DNA of 60,660 bases from a virus (IMGVR_UViG_3300025310_000006:1-60660); one strand, 5' to 3'. Positions 38,189 to 48,406 are shown, numbered from the stretch's first letter. The notes: a model not told the origin generated them from the letters alone. Translations and numbers: made by a program.

Positions 38189-38197
38189 TATTTATCC

Positions 38198-38824
38198 TTA
38201 TAATGGTCCACTCGTTGTAACACCAACAATAGCATTCGAACCCATGAATGGGATATCTGGACTGAATGCATCGGCTGGGAATGTTCCGGCAGCGACATCT
38301 GCTCCACCGCGGACGGCGAAGTAATCATACGAGAAAGTTACAGAGAACTTCTCCGGATCCTGAGCGCCGTGATCCAAGGTTATTTCTCCAACTGTCTTTG
38401 GGAATAAACCAACAAACTTATATATGAAGGTTCCCTGTCCTATACGATTCAACTGAGTAACAGTTACGTTGTCAGCCTTATAAAATAGTGGTGAACCTGC
38501 AACCTGACGCTCTGGATCGTATATTGATCCCATCCACTGTAAGAAGCGGAGGCGAATTTCGTGAGCATCGTCAACGAGGAATTCACAGTCCCAATCTCCA
38601 CCCATTTCAGCGGAGGTTGCTACCTTATACTTCATTCCCTGGAAGTCGATATCGGCAGTTCCAATTGTATAGGCTGGGAGCTTTGTTGTTCTTGCGAACG
38701 CTGTCATTTCTATATCATCAGAACCAATTGCTGGAATACTGACCTGAAACAAGTGTGGTCTTGAGTGATCGCCAATAATGGTTCTGAAGTTATAAAGATT
38801 TCTATTTCCTGCTGGGAATGGCAT
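38198..38824 (-). CDS. gp19: Tail tube protein
   Basis: RPHLFQV, LPAYTIG...FQG, YKADN.TV.QL, GLFPKTVGEITLD, FSVTFSYDYF; follows the sheath gene. Confidence 0.88.
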   Translation of the reverse strand: MPFPAGNRNLYNFRTIIGDHSRPHLFQVSIPAIGSDDIEMTAFARTTKLPAYTIGTADIDFQGMKYKVATSAEMGGDWDCEFLVDDAHEIRLRFLQWMGSIYDPERQVAGSPLFYKADNVTVTQLNRIGQGTFIYKFVGLFPKTVGEITLDHGAQDPEKFSVTFSYDYFAVRGGADVAAGTFPADAFSPDIPFMGSNAIVGVTTSGPL

Positions 38825-38852
38825 ATCTGCCTCCTGTTTCTCTTATTATTTA

Positions 38853-40862
38853 TTAGACTCCCGATGATTTGCCGACAACCTCGGAGAAGCTTACGCCAGT
38901 CGATACTGCGGTGAATATCAACTTGATAAACTCTATTACACGATTTGGCTTGACGAGTATTTCAGCAATAAACTCGTTTCTATCAATCACTTCTGGTGTG
39001 TTGTTAGAGCTATCAGCCACAACGAGATAATCAGTTACGCCACGACGAGCCTTGATTTCGGCTAAGAATCCGTTGACGAGACTTGAGAATCTTGCTCTTG
39101 TAACATCGTCATTGAACTCGAAGAGGAAGTAGCGAGCCAACTTCTCAATCGAACGCTCCATGTGGAGGAAGAGTCTACGGACATTGATACGATCGAATGC
39201 CGAAGGCTTTGCCTGGAGTGTCTTCTGTCCCCATATAACGATTCCCTGTCCAACGAAGTTAGGAATTGGGTTGATACGGTTGTAGTAGAGAACATCTCTC
39301 TGAGCTTTGTTAGGATTGAGGGCTACTCTGTTGATACCAGAGATGATACCACGATTCAATCCTGCTGGTGCCCACCATGGGTCGTACTGGAAGTCTACGC
39401 GGGCGATGACTGCACCGACATAGCCGGTAACAGGAACCCAGCGGAACTTCTCATTGTAGAAATCGAATATCTCAAAGTATTGTCCGTATATAGCGGAGTA
39501 GGACGAATTGATATTCAACTCAGTGTTGACATAGGTTTCCATGTTTGTGTAAACTCTTGCAACTGGCTTTGCAGTTGAAGTGTTTATCATCTTTCCAACT
39601 GGCACATTGAGAAGTGCCATGCAATCCTTACGGACATTCTTGCAGATATCGTCAAGCGAACGCTTGAGGATAGTTGGATAGTCTGGATCAAGAAGGATGT
39701 CTACTTCGAGTTCTTCCTTGTTGCAGAAGTAGGTTCTCCATCCGAGTTCAATCTCACCAACGAGGTCGAAGAGATTGTCGGTAAGAGCATCTGCTCCACC
39801 AAGCGAGCGAAGTCCAGTCGAGAAGATATCATATCCAGCAGCCGAGTCTTCACTTGTTCCGATGAAGAAGTAGATGAAGTTCGAGTTGCCGTTGACAAGC
39901 TCTGGACCAAACATCTTGTTTCCAAGAGCGTCACGCTTTTCCTTCAACTTCGAGCAGAGGTACTTCTCCTGCAAGGTTCCAGCCGAGTATACCATGAGGA
40001 CGAATTCATCCTGTTCAGCGGTAATCTCTGGACCGTATTCGAATGAAGTCCACTCTTCAAGCAATCCACCGACAACTTCCCATTCACCAGTCGATGTCTG
40101 AGAAGGAGTGAGGATAAGCTCATCACGGAGAATGCTGTTCGAGAGGTAATCTCCAGAATCTTCGAAGATTGGGCTTGAAGTTGATGGTGGTGTCAAACCG
40201 CCCCATACTTCATATCCAGGGTCGCCAGAAGTGGTGCCCGGAGCCGAGCCGTAGTAATACTTGTAGAGGATTGCCTGAGTTTCCTGAGAAGTAGCTGCCT
40301 GGGCAAGCTCATTCTTCAACTCGACAAGAACTGCATAGTCTTCAGCGTTAACGATGCTGACTTGAACGCCTTCGTAGAAGGGTCCAGCACCAACTGCCCA
40401 AAAGTGGAACGATTCGTTTGCGAGAGCATCGTTGTTGGTTGCTCCGAAGACAGGGTTTCCACCGTCGAATGCGAGTGGGGTAGTGTCTGGAACGTTGTCA
40501 TAGGTTGCTGGGAAATACTTGGCTTCAAGTGGGGTTGCCCACTCACCAACAGTAGATCCAGACAAGCCAATTGTCAAACCAGCACAAAGGGTATCTTCAT
40601 TCTCAACACGAAGAACCTGAAGCTGATTAGAACCTTCAAGGAATGCCTTAGCGGTGAAGAAGTGAGGATAGTTGACGTTATCGGGTTCGCCAAATGTATC
40701 AACATAGTCCTTTTCGGTGTTTATTAGAGTTCTTACGTTCAAGGGTCCACGACTAGATGCAACAACTATAGCACCGACAGAGGAAGTAACCGTAGGAATA
40801 CGGAGCGATACATCGCGTTCGATAATGTCAACACTTGGAGAGAGATTTGCAGATCCAGCCAT
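38853..40862 (-). CDS. gp18: Contractile tail sheath protein
   Basis: SPSV.I.E.D, WWAPAGLNRG, RDVLY..RINPI, WGQKTL, AFDRINVRRL, NNTPEVIDRNEF. Confidence 0.96.
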   Translation of the reverse strand: MAGSANLSPSVDIIERDVSLRIPTVTSSVGAIVVASSRGPLNVRTLINTEKDYVDTFGEPDNVNYPHFFTAKAFLEGSNQLQVLRVENEDTLCAGLTIGLSGSTVGEWATPLEAKYFPATYDNVPDTTPLAFDGGNPVFGATNNDALANESFHFWAVGAGPFYEGVQVSIVNAEDYAVLVELKNELAQAATSQETQAILYKYYYGSAPGTTSGDPGYEVWGGLTPPSTSSPIFEDSGDYLSNSILRDELILTPSQTSTGEWEVVGGLLEEWTSFEYGPEITAEQDEFVLMVYSAGTLQEKYLCSKLKEKRDALGNKMFGPELVNGNSNFIYFFIGTSEDSAAGYDIFSTGLRSLGGADALTDNLFDLVGEIELGWRTYFCNKEELEVDILLDPDYPTILKRSLDDICKNVRKDCMALLNVPVGKMINTSTAKPVARVYTNMETYVNTELNINSSYSAIYGQYFEIFDFYNEKFRWVPVTGYVGAVIARVDFQYDPWWAPAGLNRGIISGINRVALNPNKAQRDVLYYNRINPIPNFVGQGIVIWGQKTLQAKPSAFDRINVRRLFLHMERSIEKLARYFLFEFNDDVTRARFSSLVNGFLAEIKARRGVTDYLVVADSSNNTPEVIDRNEFIAEILVKPNRVIEFIKLIFTAVSTGVSFSEVVGKSSGV

Positions 40863-40888
40863 ATTTTGCTCCTTAGTCTGTTCTATAG

Positions 40889-40896
40889 TATTTATA
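40889..40896 (-). promoter_or_regulatory. T4-type late promoter TATAAATA (second copy at 40945-40952)
   Basis: Exact consensus upstream of the sheath gene. Confidence 0.75.
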
Positions 40897-40978
40897 AAGG
40901 TTTACTCTTGCCTTCAAATCTATTTATTAGTTCCTAGTCAATGTTATTTATATAACTTCGAACGAGGACTTCAAGATA

Positions 40979-42583
40979 TTACCCAATACCAAGCTGGTTT
41001 CGGAACCCCTCTAATTCTGGATCAAAATCAAAGTTTCTAGCACCCCCGGTTGCCTTCATAAAACTCTGCATAACCTCTTCATCACTCTGCTGTTCATCAT
41101 TCATAGGAGCGGACTGGACATTCTTACTGAGCATAGAGTGTAAATGATCTTCCCAATATTTAGAACGGAGAGCGTATGCAGCCCAATATCCACTAGCTAC
41201 AATATCATCATGGAAGCTTCTACCCTGGCGAGCCTGGAATACACCAGTCTTTACCTCTTCGAAATATGAAAGCTCAGTAACCATGTCGGAAGAGTTGATT
41301 ATCATCTTCTTTTGCTCGACATCTTCCTTGAAATATGAGAGGGCTAGTGGCTTAGTCTTTACGGAAGCATTTACCCCATACTCACCCTTATCATAGTCAT
41401 ACCATGTATTATCGTAACCATCTTCAAAATACATGTTGTGGACTACAGTGTGTCCAAGGTGGTTGTTTTCGACTATGGCTACAGCGTTGTTATATTTCTT
41501 ACATATCTCGATTATCTTGTCTTTGAAGTCAAATACAGATATATCATTACGACGGAACATGGCTACTTGTTCGTATGTTCCTTTTGTGTGCCAGTCCGTA
41601 GCATCAAATACATTAGCTACATGGAAGTCGGTGTTGGCTCCTTTAGCCACATCGCATGAAACAAGATATAGCCTATTATGGACTGGCTTCTTCCACATAT
41701 AGAAACCTTCCTCTGGATAGAAAGGAGGTTCGACAGTCTTGAGCGATTCCAGCACTTCACCATCTATGAGAGTATAAGAAGAACCAGTAAAGGAGACATT
41801 GTATTCTTGTTGAAATTTAACTTTACCAATTGCCTGTATCTGAATTTCTTTCCATTTTTCATCCCTGTCAGGATGGGCGTGCCAAGGAATCTTCATGGTT
41901 TTCCACGCCGTATTTTTTGCGGATGTTGCACTCTTCCACAATTCATAGAATTTACCAGCGGTTCCGTTTGGAGTAGATACCACTATGATATTACCACCAG
42001 TGGAAAGAGTAGGATAGTTAGCAACCCAAAATTGCTCAGCTATGTTTTCAGCGACGAACGCAAACTCGTCGAGAAACAGTAATGATACCGAATCACCACG
42101 AATAGCGTCTTGTGAAGTGGCTCTTGCGAATATTCTACTTTCGTTTTCAAACTTCATTTCCAACTGATCATACTTTTTTACCCCAGGTTTCAACCACGCC
42201 GGAAGCATCTCATAGCCCTTTTTTATATCATCAACTATACCAATAGCTGTGGATTGTTTGTTAGCAAGTATTGCAATATTTTTTGATGGGTTGAAAATAG
42301 AAAACCAAAGAAGATAAATGGAGGCGCAAGTTGTCTTACCAAGCTGACGGGCTGCCATTATGAGATTCTGGCGATTATTACGCATGTTTTCCAGCATTTC
42401 ACGCTGAAATGGAAATAGCTTGATAATTTCTTCTCCGCGTACAGGATGTATAATAGTATAATATTTCTCTGCGAAATACGTTATATCGCTTGCACATCTG
42501 GCAAGTTCTTGAAGCATATGAGCAGTAAACTCAATTTGCCTACCCGGTTTTACAATGTATCTATCATCATATTGAATTGGCAT
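40979..42583 (-). CDS. gp17: Terminase large subunit
   Basis: Walker A RQLGKTT, ILANK, IRG, LFLDEFAFV, STPNG, QEY, DVAKG, ENN, HDD. Confidence 0.97.
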   Translation of the reverse strand: MPIQYDDRYIVKPGRQIEFTAHMLQELARCASDITYFAEKYYTIIHPVRGEEIIKLFPFQREMLENMRNNRQNLIMAARQLGKTTCASIYLLWFSIFNPSKNIAILANKQSTAIGIVDDIKKGYEMLPAWLKPGVKKYDQLEMKFENESRIFARATSQDAIRGDSVSLLFLDEFAFVAENIAEQFWVANYPTLSTGGNIIVVSTPNGTAGKFYELWKSATSAKNTAWKTMKIPWHAHPDRDEKWKEIQIQAIGKVKFQQEYNVSFTGSSYTLIDGEVLESLKTVEPPFYPEEGFYMWKKPVHNRLYLVSCDVAKGANTDFHVANVFDATDWHTKGTYEQVAMFRRNDISVFDFKDKIIEICKKYNNAVAIVENNHLGHTVVHNMYFEDGYDNTWYDYDKGEYGVNASVKTKPLALSYFKEDVEQKKMIINSSDMVTELSYFEEVKTGVFQARQGRSFHDDIVASGYWAAYALRSKYWEDHLHSMLSKNVQSAPMNDEQQSDEEVMQSFMKATGGARNFDFDPELEGFRNQLGIG

Positions 42584-44330
42584 TTGGTTTCTCCCATATG
42601 TATCTTATTTTACCACAATCATATATTTTATAGTATTTCCCACATCTAAAAATGGCTTCTTCTTCTGTTTCGCCTTCATTTATCATATTCTTTTTTTGTA
42701 GCTCGGATTTACGGAAAGCAAAACGATGCCTCCGCATCAGATTGCATTTTTCAACATAAAAGTAACTCGGAGAAGAAATTCCATCATTTCTAAATCCTAA
42801 TACCTCATACATATTACCGTTTGAAAAAGAGTTGTCCGCATAAGAGACGATGTTTGTAGGCAATTTATCCTTTATAAAATTACTGAGAAGTCTTGATGCT
42901 CCACCCACAACAACACTATTTAAAATAGTAGCATATCTGACCAATTCCCACTCGTATTTTTTACTTTTTGTTGCCTTTGAAAAAGACATCAAGGCAACCA
43001 GTGTTTTATTATAAAAAAGACCGTAAGAGATACTTGATGAACACCACCCTTGAATGTGGTTTTTATTATAAAATTGTTTTTGTAAATAAACGTCTCCAAC
43101 TTCACCTATATCACATTTACGGGCAAATATTTTATTATCAGTTTTACCTAATATATTTTTTATTTTATCTTTTATAATGTCTTGTTTATGTATCCACTCA
43201 TCTTCAAATATATGAAGGAGGCGTATACCATTTTCTTTGCATAAATTTGTTTTATTATAATGATATTTAGCGTTTTTATACTCTGATGAATGCCAGAATA
43301 CTCCGTTAAATTCTATTGCTAACTTTTTATCCGGTAAGAATATATCTATTTCCCCATCTATAATATCTCTGTTATTTCTAATAACATCAGAATCATATAT
43401 ACTTCTAATGAAATTATATATTTCGGTTTCTTGTGAAGAAAACGGAGCCATTTTAGGTTTACAAATACTACACGGGCTACTATTTACAGCAAATCTACTG
43501 TATATGAATTTAGTAGATTGCCATTCTTGATTGCCACAAATATTACAAATGTAATTAGTTCCGCAATTTTTATGTTCAATAACTTTTAATTTATGTTTAG
43601 AAAACTCGTCTTTTATATATGCCGAGTATCTTTCTATTTGGGAATCTGATATTTTTTCAGAGTTAACATAATTAATATTGCCGTATTTAGAAAATTTTGT
43701 ATTTCTGGATTTATCCAGTATTGCTAATTTCTCTTCCTTGGGTTTTTCACTCCAAGTCTTTTTGAATTTTTCTCTATTAGTAAAATTAGAGTCGCCATAT
43801 TTTTCAATCTTTGTAAGTTTTGCTTTTTCTATATTTACAAAATTTTCATTTCCATATTTTTGTAATTTTGTTTCTTTTATAGTGTTTTTTATGCTTTCAT
43901 CATTCATTCTACAGAATAGATTGTTGCAATACTTGTGATAACCTTTAGTTATGCTAATAAATCCTTTTTCATTTCCGCACTTCTTACATATGTTTTCTTT
44001 ATTAACCATTAAGTAATTATCGTAATATTCTTTACCACTAATATTATGTATTTTTACCAAGTGGTTTGAAACAAAAACTTTATATCCAGTATATTTTGTC
44101 TTCTCACCACAGTGCTTACAAACTATACCCTTTTCTAAATGTTCCCTCTTCTTGTCCAAAAATTCATTATTTTTCTTAACTATTTCGTCAACGTCGGCAG
44201 AATTGAATAAAAACATTCTTCCTTTTTTTGTAAAAGGTAATTTTCCCACTTTTCTCCAATAGTCAACTGTCTGTGGTTTGACTTTGCATATTTTTGCAAC
44301 ATCACCTGTTGTAATAAGTTGTTTATCCAT
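42567..44330 (-). CDS. Free-standing Hef-like homing endonuclease with N-terminal HTH
   Basis: MerR-type HTH, KYG..N repeats, EIDIF...LAIEFNG.FWHS, HIFEDEW, IFARKC, NHIQG, ELVRY, GGASRL, YDCG. AT-rich, with TATAAATA at 44336-44343. Confidence 0.82.
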   Translation of the reverse strand: MDKQLITTGDVAKICKVKPQTVDYWRKVGKLPFTKKGRMFLFNSADVDEIVKKNNEFLDKKREHLEKGIVCKHCGEKTKYTGYKVFVSNHLVKIHNISGKEYYDNYLMVNKENICKKCGNEKGFISITKGYHKYCNNLFCRMNDESIKNTIKETKLQKYGNENFVNIEKAKLTKIEKYGDSNFTNREKFKKTWSEKPKEEKLAILDKSRNTKFSKYGNINYVNSEKISDSQIERYSAYIKDEFSKHKLKVIEHKNCGTNYICNICGNQEWQSTKFIYSRFAVNSSPCSICKPKMAPFSSQETEIYNFIRSIYDSDVIRNNRDIIDGEIDIFLPDKKLAIEFNGVFWHSSEYKNAKYHYNKTNLCKENGIRLLHIFEDEWIHKQDIIKDKIKNILGKTDNKIFARKCDIGEVGDVYLQKQFYNKNHIQGWCSSSISYGLFYNKTLVALMSFSKATKSKKYEWELVRYATILNSVVVGGASRLLSNFIKDKLPTNIVSYADNSFSNGNMYEVLGFRNDGISSPSYFYVEKCNLMRRHRFAFRKSELQKKNMINEGETEEEAIFRCGKYYKIYDCGKIRYIWEKPNANSI

Positions 44331-44378
44331 ATACTTATTTATATCACAAACCAAAATTTTTCAATGATATTTTTTGGA

Positions 44379-44993
44379 TTACTCAGTATCCTCTGAAAAT
44401 GGTGTTCCTGGCGACTCTCTGTTCTTCTTTTCCTCTTCTACAATAGCGTCTACTTCTTTAGCATTGTCAAAGCCTTGATTTCTAATAGCCTTGAGAGCGT
44501 CTGTCATAGAACCTATAACCAATATATTACCACTACCATTTGCATTAGGAAGATTTGCAGTAGCCGACTTTTCCTTGATGTCTACTTTACGCTTTTCAAG
44601 CCCGAGTTTTATCTTATCATTCTCAACATCACCAAGCTGCTTGACGGCTGCCGTTACTGCGTTAGCCATAGCTGACATACATTCAACCGCTCTACCACTT
44701 GGATCTTGATTCATCTCATCCTGCATGGTTCTCAGCGCAGTCAATCCTATGGTTGTCAACTCCTTAAGAGTTTCCTTTATGAATTTCTCGTCGCCACCCT
44801 CTTTCAACTTCTCCAATCTGGCTACTATTTTGTCAGCCTCTTGCTTACGCTCCAGATAACGCTTGCGATTCTCTTCATCCTGCATACCCTTTTGCGTCTT
44901 GGGGGAAGGACCGGAATCAAAGTCTTTCATCTGATCAGAGATGTCGAGAATCTTATCTATTTTGTCTTTTGATATTTTACTCATAGGTGTCAA
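44379..44993 (-). CDS. gp16: Terminase small subunit (T4 gp16-like)
   Basis: Between gp15 and gp17; helical, with SGRAVE...M and NILVIGSMTDALK. Confidence 0.7.
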   Translation of the reverse strand: MTPMSKISKDKIDKILDISDQMKDFDSGPSPKTQKGMQDEENRKRYLERKQEADKIVARLEKLKEGGDEKFIKETLKELTTIGLTALRTMQDEMNQDPSGRAVECMSAMANAVTAAVKQLGDVENDKIKLGLEKRKVDIKEKSATANLPNANGSGNILVIGSMTDALKAIRNQGFDNAKEVDAIVEEEKKNRESPGTPFSEDTE

Positions 44994-45962
44994 CTATTAT
45001 TATACTGATTATCTAAACCGTCCTGCACATCTTTATCTGGAACATTGTAAAGATAACCGTTTTGTGGTGTTTCATTTGGATTTGGTGGATTTGGATTGGT
45101 GCCAGTGAGAGGATTATCTGGATCCAATCCATCGTGATATGTCCAACCCATATAATCTTCCATGTTCTCGTCAAACTGAACTTTATAACTCCATATCTTC
45201 TTATCCATGTCGAGATAGTTGGGGGAACCCGAAACTTCTGGAATTGTGAATGCGGATATTTCCGTACCATCGACATTTGGATCGACTGGATTTCTTCTGG
45301 ACATATCTGCACCGATACGAGTGGTGATGCGCTTGATTGGTTTACTAATTGGAAGCTGCGGCTTGTAGAAATTACACTCCATCTTGAATGTGAGGTTACA
45401 CTGGAGAACTCGTCTGTCAGGATCGGCTAGTTCAACAACGAAGTTTGGGGCTACGGATTCAAGAACAACTTTTACCTGTCTTTCATTACCTATACCACGC
45501 TCATAGAGAGATACGGGAGCTTCAGGATTGAAGAATGGAAGTATGTTCTCAAGTATCTGAGCCATATCGTCCATATACTTAGTCCACACAGTTAGCTCAA
45601 AATTCAAGTCATATGGAACCGTCTGCATATCCATGATAGCTTGTGGATTTTCTTGATCCTCGTAATCTACAATTATTCTTCTTTTCTCTAACTGCCCACG
45701 CTGTCTTTCAGTGTTTCTTGACAATCCATTCCAAGCAATAGAGATGCGGGGAAGAAAGTTTGGTGGTGTCTTATCTGGAGTTGACGGATCGGCTATAAGT
45801 TCTGCTACGACTTTTTCTTTAGGAGCGAGTGTTACTGGAACAGGCTTCCAGCCAATAGCTTTACCATCTTTGTCGTAGTTTATTATAGACATCTCATTGA
45901 ATATGTCGGAGAATGCACTAATATGCGTCCAGAGAACTTTATTGTAGAAAGTAATTGTACAT
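44990..45962 (-). CDS. gp15: Tail sheath terminator (T4 gp15-like); N-terminus restored only by a +1 shift near 45948
   Basis: VPV.LAPKEK, LPRIS, VPYDLNFEL, QILENILPFFNP. The conserved FY...F..IFN start lies upstream of 45892, and the RBS-associated ATG at 45962 is one base out of frame. Confidence 0.85.
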
Positions 45963-45969
45963 AAAGTAC

Positions 45970-46851
45970 TTACCCGCCTTTCAGAACATTATTAATTACG
46001 CTCTGTATTCTGTCCCACGAATACGAGTATGGTATTTCTACCAAGTTAATACCTACATCATTGCAATATTTTCTTAAAGAGTTGTCACGCTCAACTTGTT
46101 TTTCAAATCTAGTTTGTCCACCAAAATATTCAACTGGATGGTAGTGCTGCTTACCGTTATATTCTATGACGGTATTTTTTGTTACTAAATAAAAATCAAC
46201 TATAAACTTTCTATTATTGGTTTTTATTTCTTTGTGGTACTCAAAATTTTCATTGTTTTTTTTTAATAAATTTAATATATCTTTCTCTCGTTTATATGTC
46301 TTTAGATTTGGATTTCCGTAACCTCTAAATATGTTGTTTGGTAGACATTTCCAAATATCTCCAGTTTCCAGACACACCCACTCTATCGGAGTATCTTTAT
46401 CTATGTAATTACCTATTCTTTTTATTTTTCTATTTTTCATTCTCTCATCAATTACTTCATTTGTTATTTTAATATGATTATGTTTCCCGTTCTTTTTATA
46501 ATTGGAAACCACATTTGCGGGAGTGTCCATCCAAACATACCCATTAGCGTCCATCCATTCAATTGAATGGTTGGCTGTAACATAATCTCCTATTCTAGTT
46601 ATTCCGCTATTTTTCAATCTGCTATCAATTATACGATTGTCTAATCTTCTTTTTCTATTATTACACATTGGACAGATTTGTTTACTATTCTTTATTCTTT
46701 CAGTAATACTACATAGATATGTATAAAATTCCTCTTTACATTTATTACAATAGAATTTTATCTTACTAGCATTATTAGTATAATCACCAATTCTAACAAC
46801 ATCAAAATCCGATGTCAACATATCTATATATTCATTATCTCTTTTATTCAT
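45970..46851 (-). CDS. Homing endonuclease, PD-(D/E)xK/Vsr-like with N-terminal repeats
   Basis: RIG.Y repeats, FIVDFYL, IEYNGKQHY, RD..LR.YC, LVEIPY. The ORF-track start (46881) lies inside the IS; the likely start is 46851, below TATAAATA at 46860-46867. Confidence 0.8.
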   Translation of the reverse strand: MNKRDNEYIDMLTSDFDVVRIGDYTNNASKIKFYCNKCKEEFYTYLCSITERIKNSKQICPMCNNRKRRLDNRIIDSRLKNSGITRIGDYVTANHSIEWMDANGYVWMDTPANVVSNYKKNGKHNHIKITNEVIDERMKNRKIKRIGNYIDKDTPIEWVCLETGDIWKCLPNNIFRGYGNPNLKTYKREKDILNLLKKNNENFEYHKEIKTNNRKFIVDFYLVTKNTVIEYNGKQHYHPVEYFGGQTRFEKQVERDNSLRKYCNDVGINLVEIPYSYSWDRIQSVINNVLKGG

Positions 46852-46867
46852 ATATGTATTATTTATA

Positions 46868-47293
46868 GTGAATACTCCCACTCCCCTAAAGGGAGTGGGC
46901 TTCTAGGTGGAGTTTCAACCACCAAAGATTATATACCTAATCTTACCTGATTTGTTTTTGTTAAGTTTCTTTCTACATAAGTAGTTGTATATTATAGAGT
47001 TATAACTCATCTTACTTAAAGAAATATACAATATATTTTTTGTTCAACTGTATATAGTTTTACGAGTAGGACAGTCACTTCCTAACCGACGAGTAGGACA
47101 GTCACTTCCTAACCAGTTGTTGGACTTATTGACTTTGCCACTAACCTGTAGTATTGTTTCCTACTCAACCTGTCTATATTGCTTTTTTCAAAGAACTAAA
47201 TATATTATATCACTTATTTTAGAAAGTTAAGTACCGAGTTACCCACCATTCATCCCATCGGCTAAAGCCAATGGGTTTTCTGGTGGAACGTTG
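46868..47293 (-). mobile_element. Non-autonomous IS200/IS605-type element (PATE-like, about 426 bp, no ORF)
   Basis: Left-end hairpin CCCATTGGCTTTAGCCGATGGG preceded by TTTAT; right end GAAGCCCACTCCCTTTAGGGGAGTGGGAGTATTCAC. The first 122 bp match 60539-60660 with 2 mismatches. Confidence 0.82.
47062..47114. repeat. 27-bp-period tandem duplication inside the IS605-type element
   Basis: ACGAGTAGGACAGTCACTTCCTAACC occurs twice, separated by G. Confidence 0.9.
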
Positions 47294-47308
47294 ATAAAGT
47301 TATTTGTC

Positions 47309-48088
47309 TTACCATTGTCCCCAATCTGGTTTATCTTTTCCACTCCTACTTATTATACCACGTCCTCCAGGCATAACTGGATTTCCATTCTCGTCAACAC
47401 CATCGGCTATTTCTTGAATAGCTTTGTTGTCACCGTGATATGCACCACTCTTATTATCCTGAGTAAGCCCTGGAACCTTATACTTCTCTTTTATTTCACC
47501 ATCAACATTTACCAAGTCTGCTGGAGCATTAGGCAAGATATTACCCTCACTATCTGTATGCCCGTAGCGTTCACCGTCACCAATTTCAGCAGGAGATATC
47601 TCACGCTCCTTGCAGATGACAGTATAAGTTGTTCTGTGTCCGAATATGTTTCCCTGAACACCGAGAGTTGATTCAGTCACATGCATAATCTCAAATACTT
47701 GAGTTGTCAAATCTTTGACGAATGTAAACTGATCAGAAGGTAATGGCTTTCTCCCAACAGTGTCTCTAAATGACTGTTGATGAAGATGCATAGTAAATTC
47801 AACCTTATTCATCATACCATACTGGTTGAATAATACATTTTCTTGGACGGTTCCACCTTCGATAATAGCAGTAATCATAACTTTGCGTGGATACTTCTTA
47901 TTAGGGTCTTCGCCAAATATCCTATCCCTATTAGGGTCAACTTCGGCTGGGAAATACTCAACAGGTATACCATAGATATTGAATATCTCGGTTGCTATGT
48001 TATCATAGAACTCAAACTCAGCGGCGTTTGCCATCGCCCCTTTGTATTGATCCCAAAATTGTTTCTGGTCTAATCCATTAGTAGCCAT
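47309..48088 (-). CDS. gp14: Neck protein (T4 gp14-like)
   Basis: IYG..V.Y.P, DRIFGEDP, FEI.HV; follows gp13; TATAAATA at 48105-48112. Confidence 0.82.
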   Translation of the reverse strand: MATNGLDQKQFWDQYKGAMANAAEFEFYDNIATEIFNIYGIPVEYFPAEVDPNRDRIFGEDPNKKYPRKVMITAIIEGGTVQENVLFNQYGMMNKVEFTMHLHQQSFRDTVGRKPLPSDQFTFVKDLTTQVFEIMHVTESTLGVQGNIFGHRTTYTVICKEREISPAEIGDGERYGHTDSEGNILPNAPADLVNVDGEIKEKYKVPGLTQDNKSGAYHGDNKAIQEIADGVDENGNPVMPGGRGIISRSGKDKPDWGQW

Positions 48089-48406
48089 TTCATTTCCTCA
48101 ACCTTATTTATAATTTCAGAGTCATTTAGCCAATATGGTAATTCTACTAATAGTATTTGATTTTCCTCGCAATATTTTTTCACAGCACAGTCTCTAACCT
48201 TCTGCAACTCAAAACATTTTTCCGCTCTATCATAACTCATGCCACCAAACCTTACAGGTTCGTAGTGCTGTTTACCATTATACTCAATTATTATCTTCTT
48301 TTTACCTTCTATGAAGAAATCTACTATATATCTCTTTCCATTGTAAAAGATTGCCTTTCGATAATCAATAGTTACTAAATTAGTAACTATAAGCTGTGCG
48401 TGGCAT
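48070..48406 (-). pseudogene. PD-(D/E)xK homing endonuclease gene with its interior deleted at an IS-end scar
   Basis: GGAGG RBS and ATG CCA CGC ACA GCT (MPRTA) at 48406, then the palindrome, then the C-terminal YIVDFF...IEYNGKQHY...RD...YC...LPYW paralogous to 45970-46851. Confidence 0.8.
48368..48390. repeat. Second palindromic scar of back-to-back IS607-type right ends
   Basis: ATAGTTACTAA-A-TTAGTAACTAT, with 11-bp arms identical to the element terminus. Confidence 0.8.

Noticed and set aside
47062-47114. Two 26-bp direct repeats as a possible mini-CRISPR array
   Set aside because: Only two copies separated by one base, with no spacer and no cas genes; it is a tandem duplication inside an IS-type element.
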